A stretch of 64,000 nucleotides of DNA from Ostreococcus lucimarinus (taxonomy: Eukaryota): assembly GCA_000092065.1 (NCBI GenBank), contig CP000590.1, one strand, 5' to 3'. Below are positions 42,282 to 50,793 of the stretch, piece by piece. Numbering within the stretch: position 1 is the stretch's first letter; the number at the start of each line of letters is the position of its first letter. Made by a program: the position numbers and the translations under genes. Below the pieces are notes generated by a model. It saw nothing but the letters and a program-made list of their open reading frames with translations, did not search any database and was not told the DNA's origin.

Positions 42282-42788
42282 ATGCCTCCCAACATCCCGG
42301 GCGCGCGCCGCGGCGTGCGTCCGAGCAAAGGTTCGCGCAAAGCGAACGCCCGCGCGCACAAATTCTCCAAGCGCGCGTCCAAGCGCGGTGCGAGCGACGA
42401 CGGTCGTCCCCGTCCCCGCGGCGGCTTTGGTCTCCTGGCGCTTGTCGGCGCCGGTGTCGCCGCGCTCGTCGGTTTCGTGCTCCATCAAGCCGCGGAGTAC
42501 GAGCGCGAGAACGAGCGCGTGCGCGCGAGGCTGCGGTCGAAGCCTCGGGTGACGAGCGAGCACGCGGCGTGCCGCATGGAGTGCAGGTTCATCACGGCGG
42601 AGGAGGTCGAGCGCACGCTCGTGGACGGGAAAGTGGATGCGAGGCACAGCACGCCCAACGCGCGACCGTGTCCGAAAATAGCTCTAAACATGGGTCGCGT
42701 GCGAGCGGTTTGGGCGGATTGCGCGGACAGCACGAGGCTGGTGACGGCGATCGACGCGGAGACGAACCATCCGTGCGGGCCGTGCTGA
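42282..42788 (+). CDS. hypothetical small membrane protein with DUF4258-like segment
   Basis: Basic N-terminus, the TM helix FGLLALVGAGVAALVGFVL, then EHAACRMECRFITAEEVERTLVDGKV, which resembles the hAxxRMxERgIt.eev motif. Confidence 0.4.
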   Translation: MPPNIPGARRGVRPSKGSRKANARAHKFSKRASKRGASDDGRPRPRGGFGLLALVGAGVAALVGFVLHQAAEYERENERVRARLRSKPRVTSEHAACRMECRFITAEEVERTLVDGKVDARHSTPNARPCPKIALNMGRVRAVWADCADSTRLVTAIDAETNHPCGPC

Positions 42789-42882
42789 GACGCGGGACGA
42801 CGTAGTACATTTCAGAGGAGGATAGCGCGAGAGGAGAGCGATTGTAACATTAAGTAGCGCGAGGTAGAGAGATATCAAATCA

Positions 42883-43470
42883 CTATGCGGCGCGTCGCGT
42901 TTTTCCCGCACGAACGGTGGACTTTTTGACATCGCCGTCGCCGCGACTCTTCGTATTCTTCGCGCGCTTCGTCTTGGTCTTCCTCTTCTTCGGACGCTTA
43001 CGTCCGTTGGCGACCCAACGCCGAAATGCGCGCTGAATCGTGGTCGCCGAACGCACGCGCCGGAACTCTAAGAGACGCGCCTGCGCACGCGCTTCGCGCT
43101 TTGCTGCCGCCGCCCTCTCGGCGCGCTCGCGAATCGCTTCGACTTCGCTCGCCAACTGCGCGTTGGCGTTCTGAATCTCGCGCAAGACGTCGCGCGCGCC
43201 ATCACACTTCACGTCCAATGCCGACATACGCGCGCGCGACGTCGCGCAGTCTCGCTCGGATGCCGCGCCTACTGCGCGCACGGCGGCTCGGTGCCGCTCG
43301 AGCGTCGTCGCCGAGCGCGTCTCCAGCGCCTTTAACTCCCGCCTCAAGTCATCAATCTCAGCCTCTCGCGCGCGCTTCGCAAACGCACGCTCGTGCGACA
43401 ACGACTTTACGCGAACAGATATCTCGATCCTCGCCGTTCGAGCGGCGCGCGCGCGTCTACTCGCCCACAT
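42883..43470 (-). CDS. hypothetical coiled-coil protein with IQ-like motif
   Basis: Heptad-pattern coiled coil, then TIQRAFRRWV (IQ-like) and a basic tail. Confidence 0.35.
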   Translation of the reverse strand: MWASRRARAARTARIEISVRVKSLSHERAFAKRAREAEIDDLRRELKALETRSATTLERHRAAVRAVGAASERDCATSRARMSALDVKCDGARDVLREIQNANAQLASEVEAIRERAERAAAAKREARAQARLLEFRRVRSATTIQRAFRRWVANGRKRPKKRKTKTKRAKNTKSRGDGDVKKSTVRAGKTRRAA

Positions 43471-43705
43471 TCGCTCGACCGAAAATAGAAGCCCGGTAAG
43501 ATTAGAATACCAGGCGTCTCGCGCAGCGGACGCCTCGTCGCGCGCGCGCGCCGTTCAAGGTTAAAATTCGCGAGATCAAAATCGCCACGCGCCGATTCGT
43601 CGCGCGGCGTGAGCGCGCGCGACCGCTTGAGGCCCAGCCGCGTCTTGAACTGAGGCTCGTTCGCGCCTGTAGCATACGAAACGCCACTACGACGCGTGAC
43701 GCGTC

Positions 43706-44221
43706 ATGCGCGCGCGACGCCGCTCCGCGACGCTCGCGTGCGTCGCGTCATCACTCGTGTCCGTCGTTCGCGCGCACTCCGCCGCCGAGTGCGCGGCGCT
43801 CGGCTTCGTGTCGTCCGAGTGCTCTGTGGATGCCTGCGATAATTTACGTTCGAAAACAGCGTCCGTCGCGCTCTACGACGAGTGCCGCGCGTGTTGCGCC
43901 GCCTCGAACGACGCCGCGGCGCCCGTGACATACGCTCGAGCGCTCGTTCGCGTGTGCTCGTGAAAACTGGGACGCTTTCCGGAGTTGAAGAAGTTTCAAA
44001 CGGAGAGCTTGCCCGCGTTGCGCCAGACCCGCGACGTGCGGTTCGATTTAGTTCAAGGAATGTCACCGACGCTCACGATGTACGAAGACGCGGCGAGCGA
44101 TAACAACGGCATCGACGTCGACGTCGGTAGCTGGAGTTCGGACGTCATCGTGGAGTATCTCAAATCAAAGTTGACGCCGAGCCCGGACGCGTCGTCGCGG
44201 TCCTCGCGAGACGAGCTTTAA
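43706..44221 (+). CDS. SEP15: selenoprotein Sep15/SELENOF-like with in-frame TGA (selenocysteine) at 43961..43963 and C-terminal RDEL
   Basis: Signal peptide and Cys-rich N-terminal domain. ...RVCS-TGA-KLGRFPELKKFQTESLPALRQTRDVRFDLVQGMSPTLTMYED... matches the Sep15 redox motif C-x-U-KLGRFP. The ORF track splits the gene into 43706..43963 and 43985..44221, which share a frame. Confidence 0.8.
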
Positions 44222-44339
44222 GACGCCGCATCGCGCGAAACATAGACACACGGACATCGCGCCACGACGATCGGTCGTCGCGCGCCGTTAGATTAGCCCG
44301 CGTACGAGTCTTGGGCTTTGACGTTGACGAATTCGACGA

Positions 44340-44410
44340 CGACCGCGCGGTGACTCGCGCTCGGCGAAACGCTCTCGATTCCGAGCCGCCGAGCGCGACG
44401 ATACGCGGTC
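44340..44410 (+). promoter_or_regulatory. candidate SECIS element region in Sep15 3' UTR (unverified)
   Basis: GTGAC...AAA...GA arrangement (ggTGACtcgcgctcggcgAAAcgctctcgattccGAgcc) about 130 nt after the stop. The non-canonical GUGA quartet and the fold are not verified. Confidence 0.2.
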
Positions 44411-44633
44411 GTGCGTCGCGTCGCGTCCTCGTTTTCGACCGTCTCGCGCCTAGCGCCGCACCGTGTAATCACGGCATCACATTCGCTCGGCGAACGCGCT
44501 TCGTCGCGCGTTTTCGCGACGCCCTCGTCTCGCGTCTCGCCGCGACGTTTGCCTCGCGGCGCGAGAGCTCGATCGATCTTCACACTCGCGCTCGCGCCGC
44601 GTCCGCACGCGTCCGATCGTCCGCGCGCGCGCG

Positions 44634-46145
44634 ATGACGCGTGCGAAACATCATCCCGCGCGGGCGCGCGGGCGTCGTTCCCCGCTCGCGCGCCTCGTCG
44701 CGCTGATTTCCTTCGCGTTCGTCGTCCGCGCGCGCCTCATCGTGGCGTCGTCGGATGACTACTATAAACTGCTCGGCGTCGATCGCAACGCGGACGAACG
44801 CACGCTGAAGAAGAACTATCGCATTCAGGCGCTGAAGCATCACCCCGATAAGGGCGGATCGCCCGAACACTTCGCGAAGATCTCCGAAGCGTACGAGGCG
44901 CTGACGGATCCGGAGAAGCGACGCGTGTACGACCAGTACGGCGCGGAGGGACTGCGGAACCAGCAAGCCGGCGGGCATCCGGGCGGCGGAGGCGGATTCG
45001 GTGGAGGTGGGTTCGGACATCCGGGAATGCGGTTCGAGTTTAATCAACGCGGCGGCGGGGGAGGTCCGTTCGGCGGGGGCGACCCGTTCGGGGACATTTT
45101 CGGCGACATGTTCGGACGCGGAGGCGGAGGCGGACGCGGAGGGCGAAGACATCCGCATCAGCAGCAGCGTCAGCAGCAACAGCGACCGAAGGAAAATTTA
45201 TTCGATAAAAAGTCACCGGTGACGAGCTTGAGGCAAGGACGGTTTCCGGGGACGGATGCGAAGAATATTTGGTTCATTTCGTTTTACGCCCCGTGGTGCG
45301 GGCACTGTCAGCAGATGAAATCGCAGTTTGAGGAACTCGCGAAGGCGCTCAATGGGTTCGTTCGCGTCGGGGCGGTGAATTGCGAGAAGCAAAAAGGTCT
45401 CTGCGCGATGGAGGGCGTTGATTCGTACCCGACGCTTAAGCTGAAGAAAGCCGGCGTGAGCACGACGTACGATAGCGGCGGACACGGATTTCAACAAATG
45501 TACGACTGGGTGATGAATCAGCTTCCCGTGAGTTTTGCGAACTTGCGAAAGACGGTGCAGTTGGAGAAATTTGTCGCCACGGATTGCACGAAGTGGTCGT
45601 CGAGCGGGAGCGCGTGCGTCATCTTTTTGAACGACAAGCACGAGACGCCGGCTTGGTTTAAAGTCACCGCGTACGCGTTCAGGGACAGGATGCACATGGC
45701 GGAGAGTAGGAGCAACAATCTCGAAATGGGTTTGCATTTCGACGTCGTGAAGCAGCCCGTGCTCATGGTACTTTGCGACGGTGACATGGACAAGACGGTT
45801 GCATACGGTGGCAAGCTCGATCACGACATGAAGAGCGCCGAGGTGGAGAAGTGGCTCGAGTCGTACGCGAAGAGCTACGCGACGGGTTGCGCTCGCGTGA
45901 AAGCGGTGCCGAAACAAGGCCTCAAACTCGACCCTTCGAAGAATTACAGCAAGATGAAAGTGAGCGCGATCAAGGCGCTCATGCAAGTGCACTCGATTCC
46001 GTGCGTCTCATGCTACGAAAAGAGTGATTTCGTCAACGCGATCAACGCGTACATTGAAGAAAAGTTTCCTAAACCGAAATCGAAGAAGAAACGCGGATTC
46101 GGTGCGGAGTACTTGCACTCGTCGTTCGCGCACGACGATTTTTAG
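44634..46145 (+). CDS. DnaJ (J-domain) plus thioredoxin-domain ER protein (ERdj5/PDI-like)
   Basis: Signal peptide. J domain DYYKLLGVDRNADERTLKKNYRIQALKHHPDKGG...EAYEALTDPEKRRVYDQYG. Gly-rich linker. Thioredoxin domain WFISFYAPWCGHCQQMKSQF. Confidence 0.85.
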   Translation: MTRAKHHPARARGRRSPLARLVALISFAFVVRARLIVASSDDYYKLLGVDRNADERTLKKNYRIQALKHHPDKGGSPEHFAKISEAYEALTDPEKRRVYDQYGAEGLRNQQAGGHPGGGGGFGGGGFGHPGMRFEFNQRGGGGGPFGGGDPFGDIFGDMFGRGGGGGRGGRRHPHQQQRQQQQRPKENLFDKKSPVTSLRQGRFPGTDAKNIWFISFYAPWCGHCQQMKSQFEELAKALNGFVRVGAVNCEKQKGLCAMEGVDSYPTLKLKKAGVSTTYDSGGHGFQQMYDWVMNQLPVSFANLRKTVQLEKFVATDCTKWSSSGSACVIFLNDKHETPAWFKVTAYAFRDRMHMAESRSNNLEMGLHFDVVKQPVLMVLCDGDMDKTVAYGGKLDHDMKSAEVEKWLESYAKSYATGCARVKAVPKQGLKLDPSKNYSKMKVSAIKALMQVHSIPCVSCYEKSDFVNAINAYIEEKFPKPKSKKKRGFGAEYLHSSFAHDDF

Positions 46146-46194
46146 ATTAGCTACGCGGTAATATTCTTTTACAACACACGAATTCGTTCGAGTT

Positions 46195-47175
46195 TTAATC
46201 GCCACTTCCCCAGGCGTCGCCGAAGGAGGCGGCTCCGGGCGCGCCGCGATTGTCGAACCCGCCCGGCCCGCCCGGAGGACCGAACTGCTGCGGCGGACGT
46301 GGGGGCACGGGATATCCCATAGCCTTGAGTAAAATGCGTGACATCTCTCCGTACAAATGCCCGCCGCGGTCTAGGAGCTGCAACAGCGACATGATGAAAA
46401 AATGCAACGCCTGCGTGTTTTCGTCGACGAGAAAGGAAATCTTCCCAAACAAGTGCACGACGGACGACAAAGAGTGCATGAGCGCCTGCCAACCCGTCAA
46501 CGGCGGCGCGCCGGGCGGTGGACCACCGGGCCCATACGGTCCCATGGGTGGCTGCCCGTACATCCCGCCGCCGTACATCCCGCCGCCGTGCCCGCCGTAC
46601 ATCCCGCCGCCGTACCCGCCGTACATCCCGCCGCCGTACCCGCCGCCGTACCCGCCGCCGTACATCCCGCCGCCGTACCCGCCGCCGTACATCCCGCCGC
46701 CGTACATCCCGCCGCCGTACCCTCCGTACCCGCCGCCGTACATCGAATTTCCGTACGCGCCTCCCCGATACCCTCCGTACATCGAATTTCCGCCGTACGG
46801 CGCGCCTCCGTACGTCGTCCCCGCGTACCCGCTCGGCGACGCCCCGTGCGACGTCCCTCGATTCGTCGTCTCCCACGCTCGACTCTCCGGCGTCGCCGTC
46901 GTTCCCGTCGGATTATTCACCGTCGCCACGGGCGCTATCGCGCGAACGTCGTCGTCGTCGTCGTCGTCAGTCTCTCCGCGTTCGCCTTCGCCTTCGCCTT
47001 CGCCTTCGCGTCGCGTCGCCCGTTCGCTCGTTCGCGCACCGCTCGGCGTCTGTCCCGCCCCCGGCTTATCCCACGGTTTCACCGCGCTTCCGTCGGCCAC
47101 CGGCGTGGACTTCACCGCCGTCTCGCCCGCGCCCGCCGCCGCGCGCCACGGTTTCGGCGGCGGCGGCGTCGCCAT
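46195..47175 (-). CDS. PEX13: peroxin PEX13-like (Gly/Tyr/Met-rich repeat region plus conserved Peroxin-13 N-type domain; no SH3, as in plants)
   Basis: GGGMYGGGYGG repeats, then SVVHLFGKISFLVDENTQALHFFIMSLLQLLDRGGHL (compare human PEX13 SVVHTVGSIAMMLDSTYMALHNSFRAVLDVANHFSRL). The plus-strand Pro/Tyr-rich ORF is its antisense. Confidence 0.7.
   Translation of the reverse strand: MATPPPPKPWRAAAGAGETAVKSTPVADGSAVKPWDKPGAGQTPSGARTSERATRREGEGEGEGERGETDDDDDDDVRAIAPVATVNNPTGTTATPESRAWETTNRGTSHGASPSGYAGTTYGGAPYGGNSMYGGYRGGAYGNSMYGGGYGGYGGGMYGGGMYGGGYGGGMYGGGYGGGYGGGMYGGYGGGMYGGHGGGMYGGGMYGQPPMGPYGPGGPPPGAPPLTGWQALMHSLSSVVHLFGKISFLVDENTQALHFFIMSLLQLLDRGGHLYGEMSRILLKAMGYPVPPRPPQQFGPPGGPGGFDNRGAPGAASFGDAWGSGD
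46540..46800. repeat. imperfect tandem DNA repeats (ccgccgccgtacatcccg-type) encoding the Gly/Tyr/Met repeats of PEX13
   Basis: Repeats of 18-30 bp with variants, visible by direct reading. Confidence 0.8.
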
Positions 47176-47639
47176 GCCGATTCCCCTCGACGATTCGATT
47201 CGTTCGTCGCGTCGCGCCTTCTCGCCGTCGTCGCGCGTTCGATCGCGACGGCGCGCGCGACGATCAACGCGCGCGTCGTCGCGCGTCGTCGCGGCGCGAC
47301 GGAAGCGACGCGAGCCGACGCGAGCGCGCGATTGTGCGGCGAGTCAACGGCGTCGCGATTCCGTCGCCAGATCGCGCCGCGACGACGCGCGCGATGCCCG
47401 CGCGCGCGCGCGGACGCGCGACGACGCGCGCGGAGAACGCGTTCGTCGTCGCGCGCGATCGCGAGATCGGGCTGCGGCGCGCGCGCGACGAACGACGCGA
47501 CGACGACGACGACGACGATAAAGGCGAGCGATTAGCGACGACGCGCGACGTCGAGCGCACGCCGCGACGCGACGACGCGCGCGCGAGGACGCGGAACGCG
47601 AACGACCGCGCGACGACGCGCGCGCGGTGCGAGGGGCGG

Positions 47640-49376
47640 ATGCGACGATGGGCCGAGGACGACGCGCTGCGGCGGGTGAGCGGACGGTACTGCCCGTTCG
47701 AGCCGGCGCCGCGAAGCACGATCGCGGTGGCGTACAGCGCGGACGGGAAGACGCTGGCGAGCACGCACGGCGATCACACGGTGAAGCTGATCGAGTGCGC
47801 GACGGGGAGGATGGTGCGGACGCTGGAGGGACACGGAAGGACGCCGTGGGTGGTGCGGTTTCACCCGACGAATTCAGACGTGCTGGCGAGCGGATCGCTG
47901 GATAACACGGTGATCGTGTGGGATCGGGCGAGCGGGGTGATGACGGCGCGGTGGGACTTCGGGAAGAGCATCGCGAGCCTGGCGTTCTTTCCAGGGAGCG
48001 ATATTTTGTGCGTCACGTCGGGGCACAGGCTGTACGCGTGGAAGTATAAAAAGTACAAGTTTAGAGAGCAGGTGAACCCCGATGGGAGCGCGGTGAGCGC
48101 GCAGGACGCGATCAAGGTGCTGCTGCGAACGACGCGGTCGCTGCGCGCGGTGCACTTTCATCCCACGGGGGCGCCGATGATTCTCACGGCGGAGGTTCGC
48201 GACATGGACGCGGACGCGCTCGGTCCGGCGTACACTAAGGATGTGGAAGGGGGTTATGATCAAGAAGCTGGGGTGTATTGCGCGCGCGACGACGTCGTCG
48301 AAACGGCGCGGTCGAGATTAGAGACGGAGCTGGAGCTCGGAACGGCCACGAGCGGCCGCCGACGTAGCCTCAACGCCCAAGGAGACGCGATGTGGCGAGA
48401 CCGAGCGAACGCGCCGGCGAACGTCGAAAACGCGCCCGAGGCGACGCGGAAGTACGTGCACGAAATGTTAGGGTTAGGGAATCGTAGATACGCCACGTAT
48501 TCCATGACGCAGATGATGGGACGGATCACGAGCGCGCCCATGCGAGCCGCGCACGAGGAGCGAAACGACGAGGGCGCCGACGCTCGAGGCGCTCGGCGTT
48601 TGCAGCCAGAAGCGAGAGCGGGAGGGATGCCGCAACAGATGCCGCAACAGACGGCACCGATCGTCGCCGCGGCGAGCGCATCGACGATGGCGTCGCCAGA
48701 CTTGCCGTGTATCGTCAAGCTCAAGCTTTGGGAGTTTGAAACGCAATTGGACGAGGATGGCGAGATTGAACTCAAACCTCTCGAGGAGCTACCGTTCGTG
48801 TTACCACAAACAGTGCTATGTAGCGAGATGGGTGCGCACTTTTCACCGTGCGGACGGTACATCGCGACCTGCCAGGCGTGTAAACCGCCCGTACCGAGGC
48901 AAGATTTACGATTTATTTGCGAGCTGCGAGTGTACTCGCTCGATTCACAAAATTTCGGTCAAGTCCTGAGCGCGAGGGCCATCAAGGCGGCGCAGTGCTT
49001 GACGAGCATCCAGTTCAGTCCAACGAGCGCACACGTACTTTTGGCATACGGCCGTCGACACGCTGCGCTGGAAATTCTCATGCCGCATGGTGATTCGTTT
49101 TCCCAAGTGCACACCATCCTCGAGGTGTTTTGCACTGAGAACATGCGTCTCGTGCGGATCATTCCATCCGTCGAGGACGAAGTCAACGCCGCGTGTTTTC
49201 ACCCGATCCCAGGGCAGGGTATCGCGTATGGCACCAAAGAAGGCCGGCTTCGAGTTTTACTCCACGACAGCTCTCCGAAGAGAGCGGAGAAGAGATTATT
49301 GGCCGATGCCGCGGGCGACGATTCACCGCTCACCGTGTCCCGTCGCGATTCTCACGCCATGGACATCGACGAGTGA
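47640..49376 (+). CDS. WD40-repeat protein, AMBRA1/DCAF-like
   Basis: TIAVAYSADGKTLASTHGDHTVKLIECATGRMVRTLEGHGRTPWVVRFHPTNSDVLASGSLDNTVIVWD matches the AMBRA1 N-terminal WD pattern (LASTH..H.....TG....L.GH.RTPW.V.FHP....ASG.LD..V..WD). Start taken at the Met where the Arg-rich upstream ORF part ends. Confidence 0.65.
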   Translation: MRRWAEDDALRRVSGRYCPFEPAPRSTIAVAYSADGKTLASTHGDHTVKLIECATGRMVRTLEGHGRTPWVVRFHPTNSDVLASGSLDNTVIVWDRASGVMTARWDFGKSIASLAFFPGSDILCVTSGHRLYAWKYKKYKFREQVNPDGSAVSAQDAIKVLLRTTRSLRAVHFHPTGAPMILTAEVRDMDADALGPAYTKDVEGGYDQEAGVYCARDDVVETARSRLETELELGTATSGRRRSLNAQGDAMWRDRANAPANVENAPEATRKYVHEMLGLGNRRYATYSMTQMMGRITSAPMRAAHEERNDEGADARGARRLQPEARAGGMPQQMPQQTAPIVAAASASTMASPDLPCIVKLKLWEFETQLDEDGEIELKPLEELPFVLPQTVLCSEMGAHFSPCGRYIATCQACKPPVPRQDLRFICELRVYSLDSQNFGQVLSARAIKAAQCLTSIQFSPTSAHVLLAYGRRHAALEILMPHGDSFSQVHTILEVFCTENMRLVRIIPSVEDEVNAACFHPIPGQGIAYGTKEGRLRVLLHDSSPKRAEKRLLADAAGDDSPLTVSRRDSHAMDIDE

Positions 49377-49605
49377 GCGCGACGGGTACACCGAACCCAT
49401 CCCATAGTTGTATCACACACTGTATCACCCCACCTTGTATTCGAACACGTTTTGTCTAGTCTTCACTTTCATCGCGTTCCCCGAGGCGCTGCTGCCGACG
49501 TCGCGGCGTCGCGTCGTTCCGATATCTGGGCCCAACTCCCGCGAAATCCGCATACACGCGCGCGCGACCGCGTCGATGGTGCCAAAACCCTAAGCATAAA
49601 ATTCC

Positions 49606-50592
49606 ATGTCGATCGACATCGTCACGCGCGCGTCGCCTCGCGCCCGTTCGTCGCGCAAACTGTTTCAGGAAGACGTTGACGGTGGCAACGCCGCGAGCTC
49701 CAACGCCACCACACTCGAACCGAGCGCGCGCATGCGCCAACCGTACGCTTGGCCAGCTTTGTGGATATTTCCCGTCGCCGTGTTGTTTCTCGCGTTGTTG
49801 TTCCGGGGCATTCGATGCGGTCGCCGTGGTCGCCGATGCCAAAGGCTGTGCTTCGGCGACGATTCAGATTCCAATGACGACGACGTCGAGTTGGGCGATC
49901 GACGCGCGAGCGAATCGGGAGAATCCGACGCCGCGATCACACCAATCGTGCCAGACGCGGATGTCCACGAGTTCCTTCGCGTGATGCGACGGGCGGAATC
50001 TCGCAGAGCGCCAGGTCGATGGACGCACGACGCCGCGTTCGATCCGGGGACGTGGCGCCAGTTAGCCGTCGCTCGCGAGCTCGAGCGACAACGACGTTTG
50101 CGCGACAACGACGAAGCGTCGACGCATCGTCAACCGCTCGTTGGTTTACCCGATCGTCTCGTTCGCCGCGCGAGTACATTTGAAGAGCTCAACAAAGCGC
50201 GCGTCGGCCCCGCGTCGAGAACCGCTCTCCGCAGCTTGCCGCGCTGCGTCGTCGGCAGCCCGCGCTGGTTTCAATTCCTCCGAGCGAACGGCCACATCGA
50301 AGTCAAGATCATCGACGGCTCGGTTCGCCACGTCAAGGACTGCGCCGTCGCCGAGTGCGCGATCTGCACCGAAAGTTTCGAAGACGAGGACTTGGCCCTC
50401 GTCCTCAAGTGCGCGCACGCGTTTCACGACGAGTGCTGCACGCATTGGCTTAAAATTCACGCCTCGTGTCCCATATGTCGCGAGGAGGTCACGCGCATGT
50501 CCCTCGTCGACCGTCACGACGTTTTCACGCGTCGGCGCCGGCGGTACGTGCGCGACGACGCCGAGGCCGCGTCGCGCGGCGCGGCGCCGTGA
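49606..50592 (+). CDS. RING-H2 finger E3 ubiquitin ligase with N-terminal TM segment
   Basis: CAICTESFEDEDLALVLKCAHAFHDECCTHWLKIHASCPICREEV (C3H2C3). TM helix PALWIFPVAVLFLALLF. Confidence 0.8.
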   Translation: MSIDIVTRASPRARSSRKLFQEDVDGGNAASSNATTLEPSARMRQPYAWPALWIFPVAVLFLALLFRGIRCGRRGRRCQRLCFGDDSDSNDDDVELGDRRASESGESDAAITPIVPDADVHEFLRVMRRAESRRAPGRWTHDAAFDPGTWRQLAVARELERQRRLRDNDEASTHRQPLVGLPDRLVRRASTFEELNKARVGPASRTALRSLPRCVVGSPRWFQFLRANGHIEVKIIDGSVRHVKDCAVAECAICTESFEDEDLALVLKCAHAFHDECCTHWLKIHASCPICREEVTRMSLVDRHDVFTRRRRRYVRDDAEAASRGAAP

Positions 50593-50793
50593 GCGGGACG
50601 CTCGCGAACAGACGCCGAGGCACTCGACGTCGCCGCACACGGCCGCGCGCGGTCGACGCCTCGCGCGCGCGCGCGAAACGAAAGATCGAACCAATCGACG
50701 ACGTTGTGATACGAACGTGCGCGCGCAAACCGAGCGAACGACGCGAAAACGGCGCGCAAACGTTCACGCGGTTGAAATTACGAATCGGTTTGA

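Noticed and set aside
44625-44660. ATGA...AAA motif at 44633-44650 as a possible SECIS
   Set aside because: It coincides with the start codon and first codons of the DnaJ-thioredoxin gene, so it is coding context rather than a 3' UTR element.
46250-47639. Plus-strand ORFs 46250..47521 and the 5' part of 46518..49376 (Pro/Tyr or Arg/Thr-rich)
   Set aside because: Antisense of the PEX13-like gene and of intergenic CG-rich DNA. Only the WD40 part from 47640 looks like real coding sequence.
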